A DNA stretch of 64,000 nucleotides, from positions 62,001 through 126,000 of the forward strand of contig MCFH01000039.1 in NCBI GenBank assembly GCA_002104945.1. The letters run 5' to 3'. This document shows positions 13,270 to 27,000 of this stretch, piece after piece. The position numbers were made by a program, and so were the translations under genes. The notes under the pieces are model-generated. The model saw only the letters and a list, made by a program, of their open reading frames with translations. It ran no database searches and had not been told where the DNA came from. Within the stretch, counting starts at the first letter, position 1, and every line of letters starts with the position of its first letter. This DNA comes from Piromyces finnis finn (Eukaryota; Fungi; Neocallimastigomycota).

Positions 13270-15072
13270 TTCTATTTAAAATAATAATAAATCTTTATTG
13301 TTTGTTTGAAATGATAGATGATTATATTAATATTTTTATTTTATTTGAATGGACACTAATTATAAATATATATATATTTATTTATTTTTATTTATTTATT
13401 TATTTATTACCTTGTTTAATGGAATAAATATAGTATTATTTATATATTATATATTATTTAACAATAGATTAATGTCTATATTATACATAAATTTATATTC
13501 TTTTTTTTTTGTTTGTTTTTGTTTTGTTTTGTTTTGTTTATATTGTTTTATTTGAATATTAAAATAAATTATTTAAAAATAATTTATTAGTTACTTGAAA
13601 TATTATTGAAATATTATTATTATTATGGTAAAATTATTCTCTTATTTCTTTGGAATATTTACTTTTTTATACAAGAATTATAAAAATTATTATTTTACCC
13701 TGAATTATTATTACAAAAGTGTATCATGCAAATTCAATAATTATTTTACGAGTATAAAGCTGAACTTTTTACAATAAACAATTAAAAAATTATTAATTGA
13801 CTTTATACAAAAAAGAAAAAAAAATATAATTTATTAATGTTTTCAATAAACAAAAGATTTGCCCTTAAATCTAATATTTATTAAGTTTTCTCTTTTTCTT
13901 GTTGTAATTTAATATTTATATAGATTATTTATTTCAATAAATTAAAATAATAATAAAAATTAATACTCTTATTAATTTTTAATAATAAATATTGTTTATT
14001 TATAAATTTAAATAAATATATATTATTTATAAATTTTATCTAAACTTGTTATTTTATATTATTTATTTTCAATATTATTTTTTTTTATATAACAATTATA
14101 TATAAAAGTTTTTATTAAATGATTATTAAATAAATAATAAGAATAATAAAAAATAAAATAAAAATATAAATATAAAAGAAAAGGTTTATAAATAAATAAA
14201 TGATTCTTTTTTTAAAGATTATTATAATTATGTAATTATATTATCTAATTGGATTTTCTTTTAAAAAAAAAATTAAAACTCTTTTTCCTTTTTTTTTTTT
14301 ATTCTTTCTTTTCTTTACTGTTTAAGAAAAAAGAAAAACTGAATGAAAACTGGTTTATTTCTATTAAATATAAAAACAAAAGAAAAAGAAATTATTATAA
14401 TTTTTTTGTTTTTTTTAAAAGATTAATTTTGATAAATAAATAAAAGTAAAAAAAAAAAAAAAAAAAAAAATTAAAGGAAAAAATTATAATTAAATATAAA
14501 TATTTCTATATTAAAAAATTTTATTTATTACAAAATTTTATTCTATTATGATGTTATTTTTAAATGATTATTTTATTTATATTTACAATTTTTTTTTTGA
14601 AAATATAAAACATTATAATTCATTCTCTCTTAACCATTATATACACACACACCTTGTTTTTATTTAGGATATAAAAAGCTTCCATTATTATTATTATTAA
14701 AAACTTTTACTATGAAAGGATTAAAACCAAAAAATAACATCTTTTTTTTTGTTACCCAGATTTTTGCATTTCTATGAATCGTTTTCTGTATATTAAAAAT
14801 ATTTTCATTTTCGTTTTTAATGTTTGAAGTTTTTTATTAATTAATTAATTAATTAATTAATTAATTTAATGTGATTTAATTTTGTGTAACTTTATAAAAT
14901 TAAAAAAATTACAATTTATTAGCAGTAGTAAAAAACAATAAGCAATAAGTAATAAAAATTAGTTGAATGGTTCAATGATTCAATGGTTCAATTATAGTGA
15001 AAAAAGTATTATATTATTTTTAAATGATTTTCATAAACAAGCCATATGGTTTTACCACGTATTTTCTATCAT

Positions 15073-15123
15073 TTCTTGAAATTAATTGAAATCAATTGAA
15101 ATCTATTGAAATCTTTTGAAATC
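15073..15123. promoter_or_regulatory. Possible heat-shock-element-like array: TTCnnGAA followed by GAA every 10 bp
   Basis: TTC at 15073-75; GAA at 15078, 15088, 15098, 15108, 15118. Matches the step-type HSE spacing; could equally be a 10-bp tandem repeat. Confidence 0.25.
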
Positions 15124-18082
15124 AAAAGGCTTACATGAGCGTTACACATCACTTGAAATAATTTTTTTTATTTTCTAAAAGAATAAGAATTAAAGTTTAA
15201 ATTTAATTTATTGTAAAATTTTATAAATTTAGCTGTAACCAATAATATTCATGATTTTTGATTAAAATGTAAAATCATCACTAGGCTTCAAAATTTAATT
15301 AGAATTTTTATATTTAATAAAGTTTTTTCTTTTGGTAGTTTTGTTTTAAAAATTTGTTAGGTTAAAACAAAATAAAATTTTTTTATGCGGTTATTTCTTT
15401 GTTTTTCACTAACCATTAAAAAAAAATAAAATTTAGAGTTTTTTCATGTAACATGTTAAACATGGTTTGTTGAAAGAGTAACGAGTATATAATTAAAGCA
15501 TATAAATGAATACAAAGTGGAATATAAAAGAAATTACTATTAAAATGGATAAAGGTAATATTAAAAGATGCATTGTTAAAAAAAAAAAGTATAAAGACTA
15601 TTATAAAAATGTATTATTAAAACTTGCTGTTAATAAAAAATGGTTATTAATAAAAAAGTATTATTAAACATTTAGTTTTTAAATTCATAACATTTATATA
15701 GAAATAGTATAAAGAAAAAAAAAATATGTAAAAAAGGCACATTCACTCAATATTTATTGGATCTGTTTATTGTTATGATATCAAGTGTGGTGGTGGCATT
15801 ATATTTTATACTAATACTAATGAAAACAATGAAACTTTAATAACTATTTAGTATAAAATATTAAAATATTGAATATTTCTACCTTTAAATTCATTCAATT
15901 TTATTAGTAAGAAACAGAGTGTGATCACTCTTCTTTACTCTTAGTAAATACTTTTTTTTTTTTCAAAATTAATTATTAAATAAATTAAATGACTATTTCT
16001 TTTTTTGGTAATGGATATATATATATTGACCAATGACTATCACGTATTTTAATATAAATGTTACACGAAAATAAAATGATGATTTATTATTTTATTCTAT
16101 TTATTTTGATAAAATTAATCTGTAATTTTTTATATTAATTTAATTAATAAATATTTAATAAATTAGATTAAATTTAATTGCATTCATAAATATATAATTT
16201 TTATTATTTATATTGATAGATATATATTAAGATTATAATAAAATATATATTTAAATAAAGTTTTAATATTTTCTTTTTTTCTTTATAAAGGAAAAAAAAT
16301 ACTCATCATGAAAAATAAAAGGGTTAAGTTAACTTTAAATCTATTAATGGTTGCTACCTATATTGCTATGCGACTACCTTGGAACTATTTTATAAAATTA
16401 CAGATTTATTTGTTATAAATGATTGAATGTCAAAATAAAGAATTCGCATAAAAATTTAACAAAAAAGAAATGATTTATTTCAATTATTTTATTATTTAAT
16501 AATTTATTATAAAAATATTAAAAAAAGAAAAAGTGAGGAAGAAAAAGAGAAAATGACACAACTTTGAAACAAGCAACAACTTTTATAGAATATTATATAA
16601 AAAACACTTTATATTTAAAAGTTTATTAATATTTTCTTTAAAAAAAGATTGTAAAGTAGATTTATTGTTTCTTATAAAGTATGTTTATTTTTTAAAGTAG
16701 AAAATCTCTTTTCTAATAGGATTATTAAGGTTGTTTAAAAAAAGAATATTGATATGGATGATCCATAAAAAAATTTTTTTTTACTAAAATGTTAAAATGA
16801 ATAATGAATAAAAGTAATAAATATAACAATTACTTTATATATAATTTATAGAGTGTAAAAGCTTTTAAAAATAAATGAATTACAAAATATGCTATAGTTT
16901 GGTACTAATGTCTTCTTCTTTTAAACTTTTTAAAATTAAATGTTTACTTTTTAATTTTAATTTTGATAAAAAAGTATATAATATTAATAATAAAAAGGAA
17001 AAAGGTTTTATAGCATAATATTAATATAATATTATAGATATTTTTTCAATACATTTTTTATTTTAATAGTAATATATATAAATGTAGGCATGTTGTTTTT
17101 TAAACATTATATATAAAAGTTGAAGGCTTACTCTTTTTTTTTTTTTTTTTAAATTAATAAAAATACTTTTTTTCTTTTTAAAAATGGTTCATTTTATGTA
17201 AAATATATTTAAAAGGTAGATAAAATTTAAAGATTATTATTACTATGTCTTTTCTATTTTTTTTAATTTTAACAATATTGTTGTAAACTGATACTCTCAA
17301 TTGTTTAATATTCATTATTAATTATTTACTTATCCTAATATTATGTTCTACAACAACAGCAACAGAAAACAAAGCCTATTCAAAATATTATAATTTAAAA
17401 GCATTTACCAAAGAAAGATAAACTTTGTTTAATATTTTATTCCCAAGAAGAGATTTAAATACTTTTATGCTTTTTGAACATTAGGAATATGAAACACATT
17501 AATATTCAAATTTAAGTAATTAAAATACAATAATTATTAATACATTATTAATAATTAAATATATAAAATAATTAAATATATAAAATTTAATTAAAAACTA
17601 CACGATTATAATGTAATAGCGATAATATTTGATATTATAAACAAATTATCCTAAAAAATAGTAATTAACTTATTTTAGACATAAATAATTTATTATATTC
17701 TTTAACATTAAATAAATGGAGTAAAAATGTATAAAGTTTTATTTTATATCTATTTTTATTACAATTATATTGATTAGATAAAGTATAATTTGTTCTACAT
17801 AAAAACACTATAAAAACATACTCTTTTATACATTCTAAGTAATCATTTATAATTATTATTTGTAAATGATATAAATGTTTTAATTATAAAATGCTTTTTA
17901 ATGCTTTTAATATATGTATGTGGGAAATAAAAACGATTATAAATTCTTGATAAATTTTTAATTACTTATTTTCTATTTCTTATATATATCATATTGATAT
18001 TTTATTTAATCTTTTTTGTATTAAAAATTAAAAATTAATTACAGAAAATGTGAAAGTTTTTACTATTACAATATGCCATTTA

Positions 18083-18390
18083 TTTAAATATCTATTTAAT
18101 TATCCATTTATATTAATTGATTTAAATATTTATTTATTTATCTATTTATTTATCCATTTATATTAATTAATTTAAATATTTATTTATTTATCTATTTATT
18201 TATCCATTTATATTAATTAATTTAAATATTTATTTATTTATCTATTTATTTATCCATTTATATTAATTGATTTAAATATTTATTTATTTATCTATTTATT
18301 TATCCATTTATATTAATTGATTTAAATATTTATTTATTTATCTATTTAATTATCCATTTATATTAATTAATTTAAATATCTATTTATTTT
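18083..18390. repeat. 50-bp minisatellite, 5 full + partial copies
   Basis: Unit tttaaatatttatttatttatctatttatttatccatttatattaatt(g/a)a starting at 18121, 18171, 18221, 18271, 18321. Confidence 0.92.
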
Positions 18391-20595
18391 TATTATTAAC
18401 CTATTATAAAACATTTTCATTTTTATTTCTTAAAAAACCATCTATTTTATACAATTCTTCTTTTTATAATATACTTGGCTTCAACCATAATTTACTAAAA
18501 GTTTTTACCTTTTTTTCTATATCTGAAATATAGAAATGGTGGTTAATGAAAATTGCATTATTGTTGTACAAAATTTTATTCTGTCATAATGCCAATTTTA
18601 ATAGTACCATTCTATCTACATTTTTATAGTTTATAAGATTATTTTAAATTTTTTTTTAAAACAATCTAATAATCTTAATACGAAATAGGATAAAACAGGT
18701 GTTACTTCGTCACAGTAAGCAGAATTCTATTTTTATAAAGTGCCTCAAAAATAAGCAGAAAAAAAAATTTTTTTTTGGCTTTTATGGCTGGCCAAGAAAA
18801 AAAAGTTTAATATTTTTAAATCAATACATTACAATACATTTTATAATGTAAATGTAATGTAATTTATTGTAGAGTATTATTAATTTACATGACAATGTAA
18901 TATATTATATAATATATTAAATAATATATAAAATGGTAATTTCCATATATAATATAATATTAATATTTATTATTAATTTAATATTCTTTAATTTTAGTTA
19001 TTATTATTAAAAGAGATTTAAATATTTTCCTTTATATATTATTATATACATTGTAATATAATACTTCATATATTAACAATATTTTCAATATAAATCAATG
19101 GAATAATAAAAAAAGATCGAATAAATATATATAATTATAATATAATTATAATATAAAATAATAATATAATATTTATTAATTTAATAAGAAAGAATAACAC
19201 TTGTCATATATTAAAAATTTATTCTTTTTTTGTGAAAAATTATTTTAAAAATTATTTCATCATCATTTAAATTTTTTTTTTTTTTTTCATTTTAATATTG
19301 TAATTATTTTTTTTTATTAGTATATTTATTTTTTTTTTTTAAAAAAAAGAAAAAAGATAAATTCTATAAATATAACCACATTACCCTTTTTTTTTTCTTT
19401 TTTTCTTTTTTTAAAAAAAAATATAAAAAAATAATTAAAAAAAAAAAAAGTAAATATTCAATTTTTATTATTTAATATGCTATTTAAATAGAAAGAAAAG
19501 AAAGAATTATCCTTTTTGAAATATTTAAAATATCCAGAAAATAACAATTCAATTTAAAATATGATTCAATTTTGAAATTTGACTTTAAAACAATATCACT
19601 AATATTAACAATAAAATTAAATAAAAATTTCAAAATAATACCATGTATATAATGTAAAAAATATAACGTTTTAAAAGTAATATATTAAAAACTTTCCATT
19701 TAAAAAAAAAGCTGTAATGATAATTTTTAAATTTAATATTTTTTTAATAAATATAAATATATATTAAAATTAATTATTTGAAAAATATAAATGATAGTAT
19801 TTAAAAAAGCTTTTTTTTTTCTTTAAGAAATATTGTTATGTAATAAATTTAGTAAACAATAACCATAAGTATACATAATATATAATAACAACAATAATAG
19901 TAAATGTAAAAACAAAATCAAAAATAAACTATATAAATCTTAACAAAAAATACTTCAGAAATACCTATTCTAATAAAATTTCACAAAAGAATCATACTAT
20001 TGATATTATTTTTTATATTTTTTTTATATAAAATATAATTAATTTGTAGAAAAAAAAAATTACCAATTCTATATATTTAAAGATGAAATAATTATTAAAA
20101 TATCTTTTTTTATTTTATATGCTTTTTATAAAATTATTTAGTTTAAAAAAAAAAAAAAAAAATTAAATTATTGTTTTGTATATGAACATGGTAGTAATAT
20201 AACAGGATTGTTTTAAAAGGTATAGATATAAATATATTTTATATAATTTATAAATTTTAAATATTATATACTAAATAGTTAATTCTATAATAAATTGAAT
20301 TAAATTTAAATTTTCACACAGTTGTGTTATATTAAAACCGTGAGTCGAATTCTGTATAATAATAAATATATCATATATTTAATTTCTGTTTTTTTTTTAT
20401 TTTTTTATTTTTACCCACTTTATTATTTTAAAATAATATTTAATTTAATTATTAAAGTGAGTATATAAAAATAAATAACAAAAAAAAAAAAAAAAAAAAC
20501 GATACATGTATAAATGTATATGATATAAGAAAACTTAAAAATAATACCTAATTAAAAAGTCTCCCAAGTAAGACATATTTTATATACAAGAGTTA

Positions 20596-22306
20596 ATGAA
20601 TAAACCAAATTTAAAAGTAGTAGTTTTATTTGGTGCTTGCATAATACTAGCAAAATATCACTCAGATAATACTAGTAATTTCATATCAAATATAAAAAAT
20701 ATTAACATTCAATTAATTCAGGATTATTATAAAAATCCACCAATAGAAGATTTAGAAGTTATTACAAATATAATTGAGAAAATTATAGTAAAACTTCCAT
20801 CTAGAAAAGCATTATTATACGGAATATTATCATTCTTTTTTATCTTGAGCTATTTTCAATATTTCCTTATTTTTTTAGATATATCTAAAGAGAAAATGCT
20901 TCAACTATTTCCTTTTAAGCAATTAGTCAATAGCAATAGTTTAGATATTTCCTTAAAACAAATTACAAATTCATTAAGTTTATTGACACAACGTCAAAAA
21001 CTTATCAATTCTATTTCTAATTCAAATGTAAAATGGATAAATAACATTAGAACCTATAATACCAAGGTTAATCAAGAAAAGGCTATTAGTAGTATTGCTG
21101 ATTACATTAAAGAACATAAATGTAAAAATATTGTCGTTCTTAGTGGTGCTGGTATATCTACCAATGCCAATATACCTGATTTTAGATCTCCTGGTACTGG
21201 TTTATACAGTAATTTATCAAAATATAATCTTCCTTCCCCACAATCCATATTTGATATTGTATATTATAGACATAATCCAAATCCTTTCTGTCATATCGCA
21301 AAGGATCATTATACCAAAGATTATAAGTGAGTTTAAAACCTAAATATATATGATATCTTTAAAAAAAAATAATATATAAGGTGTAATTCTATATATATAT
21401 ATATATTAGAATTTTGAATTATAATTTATATAAAGAAAAAAAATTGAATTATTATTAGAAAGGATGGGTTTTTTAATGGATGATATTATCGATAGAATAT
21501 CTATTTTAAGTGATTAAATTGTTGTTTATTATTGAATAAAATAAAACTAAATAAAATATTAATTATATATATATATATATGAATATTTACAAAAATAGGC
21601 CTACTTTAACGCATTATTTCATACGTCTTTTAGCTGAACGTGGCTTACTTTTAAGAAATTTCACCCAAAATATTGATGGCTTAGAAGAAAAAGCTGGACT
21701 TCCTGAAAAATATATCATTCATGCCCATGGTACTTATAAAACCGCACATTGTGTCGGTAATGAATTAGGTTGTGGTTGTGGTAAAGAATACTCACAAGAA
21801 TGGTTCAAGGAAAAAATGCTTAAAATGAAAAAGCCAATTTGTCCTGTTTGTAGAGGTTATGTAAAGCCAGATATTGTCTTCTTTGGTGAAGAATTACCAA
21901 TATCATTTTGGTTTGGTTTACAAGATGATATACCTAAATGTGATTTAATGATTATCATGGGTACATCATTACAAGTAAGTAGGAGTAACATTTAAAATAA
22001 ATTGAATTAATTATATCATAGATATTAATAAGAATGTAAATATATTTCTTTCTTTTTTTTTTCAAAATATATTAATAGGTTCATCCATTTGCCTCAATAC
22101 CTGATCAAGTAAATTTAAATGTCCCAAGATTATTAATTAACAAAACTGCTGTTGGTCCATTCAAAGAATTTGCATTATTACCAAAGAAAAATCAAGGAAG
22201 AGATTATGCATATTTGGGTAACTGTGATGATGGTTGTATGGAATTAGCAAAAGCATTAGGTTTAGATAAAGAATTGATGGAACTTTATGAAAATGGAAGA
22301 AAATAA
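20596..22306 (+). CDS. Class I sirtuin (SIRT2/SIRT3/Hst2-like NAD+-dependent deacylase), 3 exons; start may be 20596 or 20896
   Basis: Exons 20596-21326, 21599-21974, 22079-22306 (GT-AG, in phase). Motifs GAGIS, PDFRSP, QNIDGLE, HG, Cys zinc module, KPDIVFFGE, GTSLQVHPFA. Confidence 0.92.
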
Positions 22307-23591
22307 ATGTCAATATCAAACAAACATGAAATGATAATTTAATATCTATTTCTATATATATATTTTATTTGTAAAAAAAAAAAAAATATTAATATCAAAT
22401 TATATATTTACTTTTTTTTTTTTTTTTTCCCTCCCTCTACTCTTAATAAAAACAATATTTTTATTATAATCAACAATTCTATATCAATAATAATAACAAA
22501 TAATAAATAATAATAATAATAATAAATAAATAAATAAAAAAAAAAAAAATTAAAAATAATATAACCAATATTGAACTATTCAAATTAAATATATATATAT
22601 AAACTATAGTAAACTAATAAAAAATGCCAATATTAATAAAAGAAATCATTCAATTTTAAAACTCAAAGAAAAATGGGAATTTTTTAAATATTAAAGTTTT
22701 TCCTTTTTTATTATTATTATTATTAATAGATGGATTAATTCTTATATATATATAAAAAAAAAAAGTTGGTGTAGAAAAAGCAAAGTTTTTAAAGCTATTT
22801 GAAAGGATTTATTTATTATTATTTCATGAAAAATTTTGTTACCAGAAAACTTTAATAAAGTCGTGAGAAGTTTAGGTATAAAAAAGAATTAAGAATTACA
22901 TTAATGCAATTCTAAATTCACACCTTTATTAAATGAAATTAGTTTTTAAAATTATGAAATTTATTTTTATCCAATAATTTTATTTTTGAATTTAAAGTTT
23001 ACTATAAAAACTTTAAATAAAAAGGCAAAAAAAAAAAAAAAAAAAAAAAAAGGCAAAAAAAAAAAAATTAAATAGTATTCTGGGGAAAGAGAGAAACTTT
23101 ATGCATTAAAAAAAAAAAAAAAATAGTAATTGCATTTCTTAATAATTTATGCCACTTTGACCATTATAAAAAAAAATATTTTTATTATTATTTTAATTAA
23201 ATGTTTGTTGAAGTCCTTATTAAATAAGAAAATAAGAATTGATATAAAGTAATTATTTTGTTTTATGGTGGATAAAAAATTAAATAAAAAGAAAAAAATA
23301 ATTATTGATAATTTGACGATTTTTTTTTTCTTTTTAATAAAATATTATTAAAAAAAAAAAAACTTTAATAATTAAAAATATAAATATATATAATAATTGA
23401 TTCAATTTGTGTCATTCTATCAAAAGTAATACTAAAAGAAAAAAAGTTTTACTCTAACGAATCTATTTTATAATTGTTCAACATTTTAAATGAAAATATA
23501 TTAATAAATATTGTAAATTAAATGAGTTATATTAAATATAAAAAACATAATAATAATAATAATAATAAACATAATAATAAAAATTATTAGA

Positions 23592-23732
<141 letters not shown>

Positions 23733-23906
23733 TTAAACATAATAAAACTATAATAGCAACAACAACAAGAATAACCCTTTTCAAAATTTAATTATATTTT
23801 TGTAGGCTCTATTATTGTTGTCAATTGGTATTTTAAATCTATATAATATATTATTGAATCTATCTATCAATATTTTTTTTAAACTTTTAGAAAAAGTATT
23901 ATAAAG

Positions 23907-23946
<40 letters not shown>

Positions 23947-24056
23947 GATAGATAGATAGATAGATAGATAAATAGATATAAAACTGGAAATAAATATTTT
24001 AAATATTAAGAATTATATGATATGTAATGGTGAAAAAGTATTTTTAAAAACTAAAT

Positions 24057-27000
24057 ATGGAAGTATCCAGTCATAAATTAACAAAAAAATTTAGTAGATC
24101 AGAACATCATTTTGAAAATGAAGAAGAAAATAATAAAAATTTTTTACTTTCATGTAAAAGTGGAAATCAATCTTTAATGAAAAGATATTTATCGCATATC
24201 ACGAGTATTAATGTAAAGGAAAAGGAAACAGGAAATACAGCACTTCATTTAGCATGCATTAATGGTCATGAAAAATTGGCTCAGTTACTCATTAAAAATG
24301 GTATTGATATTGATGAAAAAAATAATGAAGGGTTTGTTGCTCTTTACTATGCCATCTATAATGGATTAGTGAGTACGGTAAAAGTATTATTAAATCATGA
24401 ATCGTACATGGAATGTCTCGATAAATACGGAAATTCTATTTTACATATTGCATGTGAATTGGGATACATTGACATTGTAAAACAATTATTGGAAAAAAAG
24501 GTACTAAATAATCATAAAAATAATAATTTTAAAACTCCTTTTCACATTGCTTGTCAAAAGGGGTTTATTCATATTATCGAACTTATGTTACAACGTCATG
24601 ATATATTGATTGACGATATTGATAGGGATGGGAAAACAGCGTTAATTTTAGTCTGTGAAAATAATCATTTTGATATTGTAAAACTGTTACTAAAAAGTAA
24701 TTGTAATATATATATAAGAGATAATGCAGGGAAATCGGCCATTTATTATGCTTGTCAAGTCAATAATACGGATATGATCAAGGCATTAATTCATGCAAAT
24801 GCTGATATTATGCAATATGATAATGATACGGTATATCCATTACATTTAGCATGTATGAATGGAAATCTAGAAATTGTAAAAATGTTTGTGGAATTGTTAA
24901 ATGCCGATATGGAATGTAGAGATAACCATGGTTATACGCCACTCTATGCTGCTTATATTAATCAACAAAGTAGTGTGATAAAATATCTTATTTCAAAAGG
25001 ATGTAATGTCGATTCTCAAAATAATGATGGGGTGGCCATTCTTCATTATTGTTGTATGATTGATTGTTTAGATTCTTTAAAGGCAAATAATAATGATGAT
25101 GTCGTCATTGCAGCGACTAAAAAACGTCGAAAAGAAAGGATGACCTCTTTTAGAAGTTATGCTTTAGAGGATACCCTTTACTGTTCTATCGAAGAATTAT
25201 CTAATTTTGTAAAGACTTCGTCTGTCCCGAGTGTAGCTTCAAACGATACCCCTTCTAAAAAAAGGGGTACTAATACTACTGCCAATAATAAAAAGAATAT
25301 GGAAAGATCATCATCATCATCTTCTTCAGGTTCATTAAAAAGAGAAAAAAGTATGGAACAGAAAAAATCATTAAAAAGTGCAACACTTCGTTCCCGAATG
25401 AGTTTAAAACATCTTCTTTCAAAATCATCAGGAAAAATTGGAAATAAAGAGGAGACATCAAAAATAGTTTTGGATGAATTGAAAAGGAATAATGAAAATA
25501 ATTTAAAAAATCATAAAAAATCAAAAAGTGAATACCTTCCAAATGAAAATATTAATAAAAGAAGAAATAATAAGGAAAAAGGGGAGGAGGACGAGGAAGA
25601 TGAAGGATTGAAAAAAGGAAAATCATTTTATTTTAGTTTTAATCGTAAAAGTAAAAATGAAGTGAATAATACTTCCTTGAAAGAAAAAAATAAATTGTCT
25701 ATAAAGAAGAAAGAGAATGATAAAAATGAAATAACAAATACCATTTCTGACCCAAAGGAAAATGAAAAGAAAAATAGGACTAAAAGTTTGTCAAACATTA
25801 AAAAAAATAAAATCAACGATTCTCAGTCAAGTATTTTACTTCATGGGACAAGAAGTCTTTTAGGTAGCCTTGATTCTTTTCTTTCAACAACTAGTAGTAC
25901 CAACAATGTTGCTACCATCAATAATAAAAATTTATATTTTAGTAGTGAAATGGAATATATAGAAATTTTATTGGATAATAATGCAAATATTAATATTCGA
26001 GACAATGATGGGAATACACCTTTAATGATTGCTTGTGCTTTTCGAAGAATAGAACAAATCAATTTATTATTAAAACGTGGGGCTAAAACAGATGTTTTAA
26101 ATAATGAAGGGATTACCCCATTGGATTTTCTTTGTTTTGACAAAGAATTGGGAATACGAAAAGAAGGAATCAATATATATAATTCAAGTCGGTATGAAAA
26201 TTATGTTCCATATCTATTACAAAAGGATACCTCTTTATCAAACGCAAGTAATAAAAATTATAAATATACACCACTTCACCTGGCATGTTATAATAATAAT
26301 TTAGAAATGATTAAATTCCTATTGGAAAAAGGTCAAAGTATTAATGCAACGGATTGTAATTTAAATACCTCCTTTCATATATTATGTAAAAAGGGATATA
26401 GTAATATACTAAAAGAATTATTTGAAATGAAACTAAATATTAATGTTAATGCTCAAAATGTCATTGGTAAAACAGGAATACATTATGCCTGTCAAAATCA
26501 AGATGTCATCACCATTAAATTATTATTGGAACATCATGTTAATTTACAGCTAGCGGATAGTCATGGTAATACACCATTGCACGTTGCTTGCTCCATTAAT
26601 AATTATGAAGTTATTGATTTACTTCTTAATCATATCATATCTGAATTTAGTAATAATTCCCTTCAAGTATCATCCACTGCCACCTCCACCGAAACTACAA
26701 AAAAAAGTGAACCCATCACCAATGAAATGGAAATTATTAATTGTTTTAACGAAAAGGATGAAACTCCGATTTTTTTAGCATTAAAGAATGATCATATAAA
26801 AATTGTTAATAAATTACTTCACCTTCATAATATCAATATCTCCTTTAGGGATAAAGAAAATGAAAATACCTTGTTACATTTAGCTTGTGAAAAAGAAATT
26901 GTTAGTACAGCTCAAAATTTACTATGGCTTTCCATGGACCCCAACGTTCAAAATAAAGAGGGAAATACACCACTTCATATTGCATGTCAAAAAAGTAGTT

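Noticed and set aside
18083-18390. Regular repeats as a possible CRISPR array (also the 39-bp array at 53532-53843)
   Set aside because: Units are contiguous with no unique spacers, no cas genes, eukaryotic context.
13270-20595. tRNA, rRNA, snRNA or intact transposase in the long intergenic tracts
   Set aside because: No cloverleaf/box A-B pattern, rRNA or snRNA signature, terminal repeats or long ORF recognised by eye; a covariance-model scan was not possible.
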